A stretch of DNA of 64,000 bases from Deferribacterales bacterium (lineage in GTDB: Bacteria > Chrysiogenota > Deferribacteres > Deferribacterales > Geovibrionaceae), in NCBI GenBank assembly GCA_050251945.1, contig JBFWLW010000010.1, positions 12,653 to 76,652 on the forward strand, written 5' to 3'. Position numbers and translations under genes: made by a program. The notes beneath the pieces are model-generated. The model ran no database searches. It was given only the letters and a program-made list of their open reading frames with translations, and was not told where the DNA came from. The stretch's first letter is position 1. Each line of letters opens with the position of its first letter. This document shows, one piece after another, positions 17,053 to 26,969 of this stretch.

Positions 17053-18378
17053 ATGAAACGTTTTCTGTTGTGCCTGCTGCTGTTCTCTTTCGGGGCTTAT
17101 GCCGCGGAAAGGGCTGTGGTGCGGATGCCGGACACGCCGGACGATATGTATTCGTCCAGCCATGCGCTTGTGATAGGCGTTTCGGACTATAACGGCGGCT
17201 GGCCTAAACTCCCAGGGGTCAGACAGGATGCGGATGCGGTTGCGGCGGCACTCACTGCGGAGGGATTTAATGTCAGACGTTCCGCAAACCCCACTGCACA
17301 GGATATCAGAACTGCCGTGGACGATTTCATATCGAGATACGCTGAAGATCCGAAGGCGAGGATACTCATATATTTCGCGGGACACGGACACACCATAGAC
17401 GGCACCGGATACGTTGTCGGACGGGATGCAAAAGACCCTGCGAAGGATGTTAACGGATTTAAAAAAGGCGCACTTACAATAGATTATTTTGCATCAAGAG
17501 CAAAAACTATGGATTCCAGACACGGGCTTTTCGTTTTCGACAGTTGTTTTTCCGGTACGGTCTTCAAAGCGCTCCGGTCTATTCCCGATTTCAAGGCGGA
17601 GATGCTCTCAAGACCGGCAAGGGAATTCATAGCGTCGGGTACCGAAAATCAACAGGTTCCTGACGACAGTGTGTTCCGTAAGCGGTTCATAGACGGCATC
17701 AACGGCTATGCAGACGCGAACGGCGACGGACTTGTTACGGGAAGCGAGCTTGGGCAGTTCGTACAGAATGAGGTGTCGGACTATTCAGCAGGCACGCAGA
17801 CCCCTGTTTACGGCAAACTGTCCGGAAGTGACGGTGAGTTTCTCTTTTTCAGAGGCAAATCACAGCAGACAGTTTCCGCTCCTGCTCCCGCGGCGGACGG
17901 TGAAAAAGAACAGCTTCTTGCCGTGATACGCAGAAGCCCCGGCTCTATAGAAGCTAACAACGCACTGAAAAGACTGCGCGAGATAGACGATTCGCTGAAA
18001 AACCAGCCTCCGGTGACTGCTCCGGAGCGAAAAGACAGAGTTACGACGGTGACATCCACAGTTATCTATAACCGACCCGACAGAGATTATCCGTTCGTCG
18101 TGATAGCCCCTGTAACAGCATACGTAGGCGGACACAGAATAACGGCGGCTTTCTCTGTTGAGGCGTTAAACGGCAACGGATACAGAAATCTGCTGAACAG
18201 AAAAGAGATGCTTCGTTCCGTTATGGGACACAGAATAGAAGAGGCGGGGATAACACGAAACGACAGTATGTCGGCTGTGAGGCGGAAAGTTAAGGATGCC
18301 GCAGCGAAGGCGATGAACTTTGCATGTCCTAATTGCGGACGATATGCTCCTGTGCTTAAGGGCTTGATGATAAGATAG
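17053..18378 (+). CDS. Exported caspase-family (peptidase C14) protein
   Basis: Signal peptide; ALVIGVSDY, YFAGHG (His), FDSCFSG (Cys); DANGDGLVTGSEL; QTPVYG. Confidence 0.85.
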   Translation: MKRFLLCLLLFSFGAYAAERAVVRMPDTPDDMYSSSHALVIGVSDYNGGWPKLPGVRQDADAVAAALTAEGFNVRRSANPTAQDIRTAVDDFISRYAEDPKARILIYFAGHGHTIDGTGYVVGRDAKDPAKDVNGFKKGALTIDYFASRAKTMDSRHGLFVFDSCFSGTVFKALRSIPDFKAEMLSRPAREFIASGTENQQVPDDSVFRKRFIDGINGYADANGDGLVTGSELGQFVQNEVSDYSAGTQTPVYGKLSGSDGEFLFFRGKSQQTVSAPAPAADGEKEQLLAVIRRSPGSIEANNALKRLREIDDSLKNQPPVTAPERKDRVTTVTSTVIYNRPDRDYPFVVIAPVTAYVGGHRITAAFSVEALNGNGYRNLLNRKEMLRSVMGHRIEEAGITRNDSMSAVRRKVKDAAAKAMNFACPNCGRYAPVLKGLMIR

Positions 18379-18627
18379 TTATTTCTTCCCGACCAGATAT
18401 TGTGCGATGGCTTTTCTTTCGCCGTTGCTTATGTCCAGTCCGAAGTTTTCCATTCTTTTGATGGTGTCGAGCCACTGGTCATAAGTCTTTTTCTTTTTCA
18501 GAGCCAGTTCGGAACCGTGGCATCTTGAACATTTGGAAATAAACAGTTCATCGGCTGGAGTTTTCGGAGCGGAACCGCAGGCTGCGCACAGTATGGCTGA
18601 AAACATCGCAAGCAAAAAAACTTTCAT
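18379..18627 (-). CDS. Small monoheme c-type cytochrome lipoprotein
   Basis: Lipobox-like LCAAC; CSRCH heme motif; W..TIKRM distal Met candidate. Confidence 0.8.
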   Translation of the reverse strand: MKVFLLAMFSAILCAACGSAPKTPADELFISKCSRCHGSELALKKKKTYDQWLDTIKRMENFGLDISNGERKAIAQYLVGKK

Positions 18628-19205
18628 TTTTCTCCCCTTCTGATGGATTTTATATATTCTGCAGTTTCGGCGGAGGCGCCTTCGGAAACAATTCTGGCGG
18701 TTATCTCGTCATTATATTTCATGGCGCTGACTGTGTAGTTGTGACTGCCTATATAGGTTATATTACCATCTATTACTGTTGTTTTGGCATGCAGTCGTTT
18801 CTTTTTTGAGTCGTAAACGACTTTAATCCCCGCTTTTTTCAGCTCGTCGCCTGTTTCTCTGTTTATTTTGCCCGTGATGTCTCTGCTGTTGGAATCATCC
18901 ATAACAACATATATCTTAACACCGCTTTTAGCCGCTTTTATGAGTGCCTGCTTGATTATTTCAGTGTCGCCGAGCTTGAAATCAGATGTTTTGAACATGT
19001 AGATAGCCATATAGATGGACTGCTTGGCGTTCGATATGTCGTGTACAAACACGGGAAGCAACTCTTCATTGGTCAGGATGGACACGGTGGATTCATATTC
19101 CTTTATGTCCGCCTTCAGGTTTGTATATACAAACAGGGAGACAAATATGGCAAGTATTGAAAATAACTTAAGCCATAACTTCCTGTATTTTCTTCCAAAC
19201 ATCAT
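18624..19205 (-). CDS. Single-HKD phospholipase D-family (Nuc-like) protein with N-terminal membrane anchor
   Basis: LHAKTTVID...IGSHNYT...YNDE motif. Start at 19205 or 19202, overlapping the engB 3' end. Confidence 0.85.
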   Translation of the reverse strand: MMFGRKYRKLWLKLFSILAIFVSLFVYTNLKADIKEYESTVSILTNEELLPVFVHDISNAKQSIYMAIYMFKTSDFKLGDTEIIKQALIKAAKSGVKIYVVMDDSNSRDITGKINRETGDELKKAGIKVVYDSKKKRLHAKTTVIDGNITYIGSHNYTVSAMKYNDEITARIVSEGASAETAEYIKSIRRGEK

Positions 19206-19740
19206 CTTTTCCTTTTCCTGTGAGTGAGCTGAAAAGCACGAAGGATTCACGCGGCAGATTAAGCTGTTTGCTGATTGCGGCGAGTCTGCTTGTGTTCTGG
19301 TTGTTTGACAGTTTGTCGCACTTGGTCAGCGCGATTATTGTTCTGATGTTATAGTGACTGAACCAGAACAGCATCCCAAGGTCGTCATCGTTGGGGTCGC
19401 GGCGTATGTCGAGAATAAGTACGCAGGTGGTAAGCTGACGGCGTTCTGTGAGGTAGTCCTCAATAGTCTCTGCCCATTGCTTTTTTTCTTCTTTGGAAAC
19501 CTTCGCATATCCGTAGCCGGGCAGGTCGACCAGCATAATGCTGTCCTGCACAAGAAAAAAGTTTACCAGACGGGTTTTGCCGGGTGTTTTACCGACCTTC
19601 ACCAGCTTGCGTGTGCCAAGCAGTGTGTTTATCATGCTGGATTTGCCCACGTTGCTTCGTCCGCAGAACGCCACTTCGGGGAATTCTGTAACGGGATAAC
19701 CTTTCGGCTCTTTCGCGGAAGTTATAAATTCAGCTTTCAT
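19168..19740 (-). CDS. engB: Ribosome biogenesis GTPase EngB/YihA/YsxC
   Basis: GRSNVGKSS, KTPGKT, VDLPGYGYA, TKCDK. Confidence 0.96.
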   Translation of the reverse strand: MKAEFITSAKEPKGYPVTEFPEVAFCGRSNVGKSSMINTLLGTRKLVKVGKTPGKTRLVNFFLVQDSIMLVDLPGYGYAKVSKEEKKQWAETIEDYLTERRQLTTCVLILDIRRDPNDDDLGMLFWFSHYNIRTIIALTKCDKLSNNQNTSRLAAISKQLNLPRESFVLFSSLTGKGKDDVWKKIQEVMA

Positions 19741-20584
19741 GTATCACTCCTATTTCGTGGAGGAAATCCATTGTGCCGAAATCAAAATCGAACGAAAATC
19801 CGGCTGCGTTCTTATGTCCGCCTCCGCCGTTCTGTTCCGCCAGTTTCCGCACGTCCACGGCAGGGCGGGAACGGAGAGACACCTTGCGTCTCTGCATGTT
19901 TATGATAATGACGTAATCCATTTCAAGGTCTTTTATAATGTGGTTTCCCAGTTCGGAACTGTACTCCTCTGCGAAGACCACGAAGAAATCCAGTCCCTGA
20001 GCGTCTTTCATGGAGAATCCGGATTTTGATGCAGAGTGGATATATTTATCTCTGCGCTCTGTCTCAAGCTCAACGACTATCTGTTCGTCGCTGTTGAAGC
20101 CGTTGTACGGTCTGCGGGCGAATCTCTCCATATAGCGCTCAACGCCCAGTTTCATGAACAGCATGTTCATCTGGAGGCTGTCCTTGCGTTTCAGATGCCA
20201 CATGTCGAAATCGTTCACGCACTCCGCAAGTTCGCGGTAGGGTTCGACGTCCTTTCCCATATCTTTCAGCCATTCAAAAGTAAGCAGAGTTGCGGATTTT
20301 TTTATGTCATGTATGCATTCGGTCATCTCGGTGAGCCAGACTGAGGACTCGTGGTGGTCGATGATGATCATCTCAATCTCACCCAGAAGTCTTTCAAAGG
20401 CGCGTTTGCCGGGAGACATATCGGTTATGAGTATTCTTTCATACTCGGAGGTGTTCACCTCGGCGAGTATCTGGTCTATCTCGTTATAGTTACAGAAAAT
20501 GTTGTCAACTTCCCGCAGAAATTTCTTTGTGAGAACGCCGCATGTAACGCCGTCCAGATCGTTGTGTGAAATGTGTAAAAGCAT
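19730..20584 (-). CDS. DHH/DHHA1 phosphoesterase (NrnB-like)
   Basis: SHNDLDG, ITD, IDHH and GGGGHKNAAG motifs. Confidence 0.88.
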   Translation of the reverse strand: MLLHISHNDLDGVTCGVLTKKFLREVDNIFCNYNEIDQILAEVNTSEYERILITDMSPGKRAFERLLGEIEMIIIDHHESSVWLTEMTECIHDIKKSATLLTFEWLKDMGKDVEPYRELAECVNDFDMWHLKRKDSLQMNMLFMKLGVERYMERFARRPYNGFNSDEQIVVELETERRDKYIHSASKSGFSMKDAQGLDFFVVFAEEYSSELGNHIIKDLEMDYVIIINMQRRKVSLRSRPAVDVRKLAEQNGGGGHKNAAGFSFDFDFGTMDFLHEIGVIHES

Positions 20585-21004
20585 CTATTCCCCGATTATC
20601 TTAACAAGAACTCTTTTCTTTCTTCTGCCGTCAAACTCACCGTAGAAGATGCTCTCCCACGGTCCGAAATCAAGCCTTCCCTCTGTAACGGCCACAACTA
20701 CCTCTCGCCCCATTATCTGGCGCTTGTGGTGTGCGTCTCCGTTGTCTTCGCCCGTGCGGTTGTGTCTGTACAGGCTTAAGGGTTCGTGTGGTGCCAGTTT
20801 TTCCAGCCAGTCCTTATAGTCCTGATGAAGTCCTGACTCGTTATCGTTTATGAAGACCGAAGCGGTTATGTGCATGGCGTTCACCAGACACAACCCCTCT
20901 TTTATGCCGCTTTCGCGGAGACATTCCTCCACATCGCGGGTTATGTTCACGAATTCCATCCTTGCTGATGTGTTGAACCACAATTCCTTTCTATATGACT
21001 TCAT
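20585..21004 (-). CDS. yjbQ: YjbQ/UPF0047 family protein
   Basis: [34 protein letters not shown]. Confidence 0.9.
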   Translation of the reverse strand: MKSYRKELWFNTSARMEFVNITRDVEECLRESGIKEGLCLVNAMHITASVFINDNESGLHQDYKDWLEKLAPHEPLSLYRHNRTGEDNGDAHHKRQIMGREVVVAVTEGRLDFGPWESIFYGEFDGRRKKRVLVKIIGE

Positions 21005-21041
21005 AGTTATAAACTAACAGGAATCTTTTATTATTGAAAGG

Positions 21042-21269
21042 TTATTTTCTGAAAAACAGGTTCAGTATGATGGTAATGATCACGCTTACGACTATCGACG
21101 TGACTATAGGGAAATGGAGTGAGAAATTCTCCCTGCGGATGTTGATATCGCCGGGGAGCCTGCCCAGATTAATACCGCCGAATTTGGACAGCAGGAGCAT
21201 TGCCGCTCCTGCCGCCGCTATTATTATGCCAGCAATTATCAGAAATCTTGCGATATCGTTTGTCTGCAA
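21042..21269 (-). CDS. DUF2905-family small membrane protein
   Basis: LGRLPGDI.I.RENF..HFPIVTSIVVS signature. Confidence 0.85.
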   Translation of the reverse strand: MQTNDIARFLIIAGIIIAAAGAAMLLLSKFGGINLGRLPGDINIRRENFSLHFPIVTSIVVSVIITIILNLFFRK

Positions 21270-21273
21270 GGTA

Positions 21274-22596
21274 TTACACGCCTATCTGGTAATACTCGAA
21301 CCCGTTCTCCGCCAGCTTTTCTTTTTTGTACTGGTTTCTTCCATCGAAAATAACTGGGTTTATGAGTGATTTTTTTATCTCTTCAAAGTCGGGGCTTCTG
21401 AACTCTTTCCACTCGGTTATGAGTATCATGGCGTCAGCACCCTGAAGAGCGGTATATTTGCTGTCTACGTATTCAACCGCGTCGTTGCCTTTCAGATAGC
21501 AGACCTTTGCCTCATGTACGGCTTTGGGGTCGTATGCCTTTATCTTTGCACCGAGTGCTGTGAGTTCATTGATGATGGTGATGGAAGCGGCTTCGCGCAT
21601 GTCGTCTGTTTCGGGTTTGAAAGAGAGACCCCAAACGGCGAATGTCCTGCCTTTAAGGTCGCTTCCGAAACGCTTGATAACTTTCTGAACTATGACCTTT
21701 TTCTGCGCGTAGTTCACGTCCTCGACGGCGTTGAGTATCTTGGGTTCATACCCGTTGTTTTTCGCAGAGCGTATTAGCGCCTGTACGTCTTTTGGGAAAC
21801 AGCTTCCGCCGTATCCGCAACCGGGATAGATGAAGCTGTAGCCTATTCTGGAGTCGCTGCCTATGCCGCGGCGCACTTTGTTAACGTCCGCGCCGACCTT
21901 TTCGCATATGTTTGATATTTCGTTGATGAAGGATATTTTTGTTGCGAGCATTGCGTTTGCCGCATATTTCGTCATCTCCGCGGAACGGATGTCCATGTCG
22001 ATGAATCTTTCGTGGTTAACCGTGAAGGGTGCATAGAGTTCGCGCATGACATCAAGCGCTTCGTTGTTGTCAGCACCGACAACGACTCTGTCGGGTTTCA
22101 TGAAGTCGGATACCGCCGCGCCCTCTTTAAGGAATTCGGGGTTTGATATAATGTCGAAAGTGAGGTTGCTTCCGCGTTTTTTAAGTGCTGCGGAAACGGT
22201 TTCGCGCACTTTGTCCGCAGTGCCGACGGGAACGGTTGATTTGTCTATGATGTACATGTGTTTATCCATGTACTGACCGATGCTGTCCGCAACGCGCAGG
22301 ACGTATTGAAGATCGGCGCTTCCGTCCTCGCCCATGGGGGTTCCCACTGCGATAAAGCAGATGTTGGATTTTACGAGGGCTTCTTCAATCTTTGTTGTGA
22401 AAGACAGGTCGCCTGATTTCACATTATTAAGCACTACGGTATCAAGTCCCGGTTCATATATCGGGATTATCCCGTTTTTGAGGTTTTCAATCTTTTTTTC
22501 GTCAATGTCGACACAGATGACCCTGTTGCCCATTTCTGCAAAACATGCCCCTGTGACCAGTCCGACATATCCTGTCCCTATAACAGAAATATTCAT
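21274..22596 (-). CDS. ugd: UDP-glucose 6-dehydrogenase
   Basis: [42 protein letters not shown]. Confidence 0.95.
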   Translation of the reverse strand: MNISVIGTGYVGLVTGACFAEMGNRVICVDIDEKKIENLKNGIIPIYEPGLDTVVLNNVKSGDLSFTTKIEEALVKSNICFIAVGTPMGEDGSADLQYVLRVADSIGQYMDKHMYIIDKSTVPVGTADKVRETVSAALKKRGSNLTFDIISNPEFLKEGAAVSDFMKPDRVVVGADNNEALDVMRELYAPFTVNHERFIDMDIRSAEMTKYAANAMLATKISFINEISNICEKVGADVNKVRRGIGSDSRIGYSFIYPGCGYGGSCFPKDVQALIRSAKNNGYEPKILNAVEDVNYAQKKVIVQKVIKRFGSDLKGRTFAVWGLSFKPETDDMREAASITIINELTALGAKIKAYDPKAVHEAKVCYLKGNDAVEYVDSKYTALQGADAMILITEWKEFRSPDFEEIKKSLINPVIFDGRNQYKKEKLAENGFEYYQIGV

Positions 22597-23546
22597 TTAA
22601 TGTCTCCTTGTTTTCTCAAGAGTTCTTCAAAGTACTTTATTGTGTGTTTAAGTCCTTCCTCAAGCTGTATCTTCGGTTCCCAGCCCAGCTCTGTTTTGGC
22701 GAGGGTGATATCGGGTTTCCTCTGCATGGGGTCGTCCTGCGGCAGAGGCTGGAATACAAGCCTGCTGCTGCTGCCTATCATATCTATGACCTTCTGCGCA
22801 AGCTGTAAAATTGTAAACTCGCCGGGGTTGCCAAGGTTAACGGGTCCCGTTAAGCCCTCTCTTGAGTTCATCATGCGGATGAAACCCTCAATGAGATCGT
22901 CGCAAAAGCAGAAGCTTCGCGTCTGGCTTCCTGTTCCGTATATGGTTATGTCCTCGTTCTTCAGTGCCTGAACGATGAAGTTGCTCACCACGCGTCCGTC
23001 GTTGGGGTGCATTCTGGGACCGTAGGTGTTGAAGATGCGCACTACCTTTATGTCGACCTTGTGCTGGCGGTTATAATCGAAAAAGAGAGTTTCCGCACAG
23101 CGTTTTCCCTCGTCGTAACATGCTCTGATACCTATGGGGTTCACTGCGCCGCGATAAGTTTCGGGCTGGGGGTGAATTTCGGGGTCGCCGTATACTTCTG
23201 ACGTTGAAGCCTGAAATATTCTCACTTTAAGCCTTTTTGCAAGACCCAGCATGTTTATTGCGCCCATTACAGACGTTTTTGTCGTCTGAACCGGGTCAAA
23301 CTGGTAATGCACGGGGCTTGCCGGACATGCGAGGTTGTATATCTCGTCCACTTCCACATAGAGCGGAAAAGTGATATCGTGGCGGAGAATTTCAAAGTTT
23401 TTATTATCAAGAAGATGTTTTACGTTGTCTCTTCTTCCGGTGAAGAAGTTGTCCACGCAGAGAACTTCGTGTCCGTCTTTAAGGAGTCTGTCGCAAAGAT
23501 GGCTGCCAAGGAAACCGGAGCCGCCGGTGACAAGTATTCTTTTCAT
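22593..23546 (-). CDS. UDP-glucuronate decarboxylase (UDP-xylose synthase) family SDR
   Basis: [47 protein letters not shown]. Confidence 0.92.
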   Translation of the reverse strand: MKRILVTGGSGFLGSHLCDRLLKDGHEVLCVDNFFTGRRDNVKHLLDNKNFEILRHDITFPLYVEVDEIYNLACPASPVHYQFDPVQTTKTSVMGAINMLGLAKRLKVRIFQASTSEVYGDPEIHPQPETYRGAVNPIGIRACYDEGKRCAETLFFDYNRQHKVDIKVVRIFNTYGPRMHPNDGRVVSNFIVQALKNEDITIYGTGSQTRSFCFCDDLIEGFIRMMNSREGLTGPVNLGNPGEFTILQLAQKVIDMIGSSSRLVFQPLPQDDPMQRKPDITLAKTELGWEPKIQLEEGLKHTIKYFEELLRKQGDIK

Positions 23547-23665
23547 TTAACCTTCCGCATTAAAATATAAAAAAATATCTTAGCATAAACGGCGGAGATA
23601 AAAAAGAGGTGAAAAAAAAGGGCGGGTGAAAAAACACCAGCCCTCCATAGTCGTCAGGATACTTA

Positions 23666-25435
23666 TCAGGAGTACTTGTAGCGTCCTGTTTCTTCCTCAA
23701 GCACATGTCCGTCGGTGCTGAGTTCCGTACTCATTTCCGCCAGAACGGAAGTTGCCTGAGTGATTTCGTCTATGCCGACGGAAACGTTCTGTATTGCCTG
23801 TTCCATCTGGGAAATCGCCGCCGCCTGTTGCTGAACTGCGGAGACAACCTGCGATATGTTGTCGGATGTGAGAATAGAGTTATTTTTGGTAAGCTGAGCC
23901 ATCTCTTTCAGGTTGCCCATGAAATCTGAGATGCCGCTTATCATGTTTATGTTCTTTTCAACGTTTTTCACTGCGCTTTCGACCTGCTTGTTGTTCTGGT
24001 TGATGATATCGGATATCTCTTTTACGGACGATACCGTTCTTTCCGCCAGCTTACGCACCTCGTCCGCGACAACTGCAAAACCTCTGCCGGCTTCGCCAGC
24101 TCTTGCCGCTTCTATTGCTGCGTTAAGGGAAAGCAGGTTTGTCTGGTCGGCAATATCGTTTATCAGACCAAGTATATCATACATGGATTCCGAGTTGCTT
24201 TTCAGAGTATTTATATTGTCTATGAGCGATTTGCTGGACAGAACCATCTCCCCTGCCAGTTTTTCGCCCTCCTGTGTCTTATGTTCGGAGTTTTCGGCGT
24301 ATTCGCGGCTCTGTTTCGCCAGATTTTCGGTTTCTGTCACCTTGACCGCAACGTCTTCAACGCCTGCGTTTATCTGATGCATGGCTGTTGATATCTGGGA
24401 AACTTCCTGATTCTGCTGGGTTATATTCGCGCCAAGCTCTTCTGTGGAAGATGAAAGCGTTGTGGAGCCGAGATTCAGTTTATCCGCCGTTTCTCTGATG
24501 CTCTTTATGGAGCGCGCAAGTTTTATGACCATCGCGGAGTTGTATTGAGTAAGTCTAGAAAATTCATTGTTGGATTTCAGCTCTTTTGAATAGTAACCGC
24601 AATCTTCGCATGATTTCAATTCACCGTTTTTCAGCTTTTCGCATTGAATCTCCATTCCGAAGTTAGGCGCTTCGCTGCCCACAGTGAGGTAACAGGGTTC
24701 GCCCTGAACTCCGTATGCGGAGCAGTTTTTGTCATCGCAGTGCATGTGATCGGAACAGCAGGCGCTGAATCCGTGCGTTCCCGTGTATTTCAGGTCGCCC
24801 TTTGCAACGCTTACGAAAGAGCTGAGCATCTTTTCGATGTTAGCTTTGAACAGCCTGACGGTGAGAGCGGTTGAAAGCAGCAGAACGACAAGTCCGCCTA
24901 TGCTGATGAATACGATATTCCGTTCAACCATGCGGAACGAGGCGAAAAGCTCGTTAACCTCATATCCTGCGGCGAGTATCCACTTATTGTCCGGCAGGTC
25001 GGAATAGTCCACAACCTTTGTCTTGCCGTTGAAATCATATGTTATGGAGCCGTTTTTGTTTTCCAGCATGGTTTTTATGAAATCATAATTGGCTATACTG
25101 GTGCCGATAAGCTGGTGATTTACATGAAAAAGAACGCTGCCCTTTTCGTCGAGAATGAAAAAATATCCATTTTCGCCAAGTTTGTTTGAATCCACAAACC
25201 TGCTTATCTGCGAATATTTTGTGCTTTCAGTAACGTCACTGGCAAGCACCTCTTTAACATAATACTCAAGGATGCGGTTCATTTCCGCCGAGCGCATCTG
25301 GGCTATGCCTTCGGCATTGATATTGTTATAGTGACGCGTCATCAGAATTATGACCGCAAAGATAACGATAGAGATAAGTGTGATAGGCAGCAGAAGCTGC
25401 GCGGACACGCTTATCCTGCGTGTGAAACTGCTCAT
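23666..25435 (-). CDS. Methyl-accepting chemotaxis protein (Cache sensor, Cys-rich insert)
   Basis: Two TMs around a Cache-like domain ([10 protein letters not shown]); [38 protein letters not shown]. Start at ATG 25435 after GGAGG. Confidence 0.93.
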   Translation of the reverse strand: MSSFTRRISVSAQLLLPITLISIVIFAVIILMTRHYNNINAEGIAQMRSAEMNRILEYYVKEVLASDVTESTKYSQISRFVDSNKLGENGYFFILDEKGSVLFHVNHQLIGTSIANYDFIKTMLENKNGSITYDFNGKTKVVDYSDLPDNKWILAAGYEVNELFASFRMVERNIVFISIGGLVVLLLSTALTVRLFKANIEKMLSSFVSVAKGDLKYTGTHGFSACCSDHMHCDDKNCSAYGVQGEPCYLTVGSEAPNFGMEIQCEKLKNGELKSCEDCGYYSKELKSNNEFSRLTQYNSAMVIKLARSIKSIRETADKLNLGSTTLSSSTEELGANITQQNQEVSQISTAMHQINAGVEDVAVKVTETENLAKQSREYAENSEHKTQEGEKLAGEMVLSSKSLIDNINTLKSNSESMYDILGLINDIADQTNLLSLNAAIEAARAGEAGRGFAVVADEVRKLAERTVSSVKEISDIINQNNKQVESAVKNVEKNINMISGISDFMGNLKEMAQLTKNNSILTSDNISQVVSAVQQQAAAISQMEQAIQNVSVGIDEITQATSVLAEMSTELSTDGHVLEEETGRYKYS

Positions 25436-25632
25436 TATTGCCTCCAAATCAAAATATCCGGTGCGAACGTCTAAAAACGTTTGTCAATAAAAAAAGAGGC
25501 GTAGGTTGTGTATGAATATTCAGCAATGGTGAAAAATAAAATTGTCGAACCATGCTCAATAATAATGTCATACATACAATTATATTGTCAAACGGAAAAT
25601 ATTTGAATGAACGATGGTTGTTAACGGGTTAA

Positions 25633-26199
25633 CTAAGGGTGTGAGATTATTAAGTTTATCTTTTTGTTTATCTGTTTGATATATCTGTCCTCTTCGCTGT
25701 ATATGCACCCGCAGTAAGGCTGTCGGTACATGTTTCTTTCCTTTGAGCAGTCTATGCCCTTTTGCCAGCCTTCGCGGAAGTCGTGATAGAAAAAATCTAT
25801 GGCAAAACGTATGGACATTTCCTGAGCGATTTTTTTCATGAGTTCGTGGTTCTGGTATCTGCTGTAGAAGAGAGTGCTGGAGAACGCGTCAAACCCTTCC
25901 TCTTTCGCTTTTTTTGCCGCCGCTTCAAGCCTGACCGTGTAGCAGTATGCGCACCGGTTCGCGATATCCTGTGCAACGTTCTTTGTGAACTCCTGAATGC
26001 CGTACACGTTGTCGGTTAACAGCGGGATATTCTCGTCTCTGTCAAACTGCGCAAGAGTCTCAAATCTCTTAAAGTATTCGGTCACGGGGTGGATGTTCGG
26101 ATTGAACCAATACCCCGAGATGCTGTGTCCCATGCCCTTTAATATCTCCACAGGGTAAACAGAACAGGGTCCGCAGCATTGGTGCAGAAGTATATTCAT
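25633..26199 (-). CDS. queH: Epoxyqueuosine reductase QueH (DUF208)
   Basis: LLHQCCGPCS, NPNIHP..EY, RCAYCY..RL, YRQPYCGCIYS. Confidence 0.92.
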   Translation of the reverse strand: MNILLHQCCGPCSVYPVEILKGMGHSISGYWFNPNIHPVTEYFKRFETLAQFDRDENIPLLTDNVYGIQEFTKNVAQDIANRCAYCYTVRLEAAAKKAKEEGFDAFSSTLFYSRYQNHELMKKIAQEMSIRFAIDFFYHDFREGWQKGIDCSKERNMYRQPYCGCIYSEEDRYIKQINKKINLIISHP

Positions 26200-26372
26200 T
26201 GTATGCTCACTTCAGGCGGATTTTTCAATTTTTTCGGTATATCGCCAGTGTGAGACAGATCTTTTTCACACTGACCTCCGTTTATAACTTCCGGCGATTT
26301 TAATTGATTTATAAGCTTAATTCAATAGAGTTTCGGGCTGTTTTCGTGGTATTTTATCCTGTGAGGTGAGAT

Positions 26373-26927
26373 ATGAAAAAAGTGCTTGTTATTCTTGCTG
26401 ACGGATTTGAAGAGATAGAGGCTGTGACAGTCGTTGATATCCTCCGCAGAGCAGAGATAGACACAGTTACATGCGCGCTGAAAGAGGGGCTTGTGGAGAG
26501 CGCCAGAGGGGTGCGTGTTCAGGCGGACACTGAGATTATTAAAATAGATGCGAACGACTATGACATGATAGTTTTGCCGGGCGGACTTTTGGGCGCAAAG
26601 AATATAGACGAGAACGAACAGGTTCGATATATCGTTGAAAAATATAATCGCGAGGAAAGGTTCATTGCGGCTATCTGCGCAGCGCCCTATATGCTGGCCA
26701 AAAGCGGGCTTATCAAAGACTGTATGATGACCTGTTATCCGACGTACAAAGGTATTGTTGAGCAGCTCTGCGACTATCAGGTGGCGGAGGTTGTCGTCGA
26801 CGAACATATTATAACCAGCCGCGGACCTGCCACTGCTCCGGAGTTTGCCTTCACTCTGGTGGAACTTCTGAAAAGCGAGGCGGCGGCTCAGAAACTGCGC
26901 GAAGCCATGCTTTACGACCAGAAGTAA
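26373..26927 (+). CDS. DJ-1/YajL/ThiJ-family protein
   Basis: ADGFEEIEA, VLPGG, AAICAAP, ITSRGPATA. Confidence 0.92.
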   Translation: MKKVLVILADGFEEIEAVTVVDILRRAEIDTVTCALKEGLVESARGVRVQADTEIIKIDANDYDMIVLPGGLLGAKNIDENEQVRYIVEKYNREERFIAAICAAPYMLAKSGLIKDCMMTCYPTYKGIVEQLCDYQVAEVVVDEHIITSRGPATAPEFAFTLVELLKSEAAAQKLREAMLYDQK

Positions 26928-26969
26928 TTAGCACGCAATTTGCTGACATTCTGTATACGAGGTGCAATT

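Noticed and set aside
25448..25632. c-di-GMP riboswitch upstream of the MCP
   Set aside because: AT-rich with promoter-like boxes; no recognisable GEMM P1/P2 motifs.
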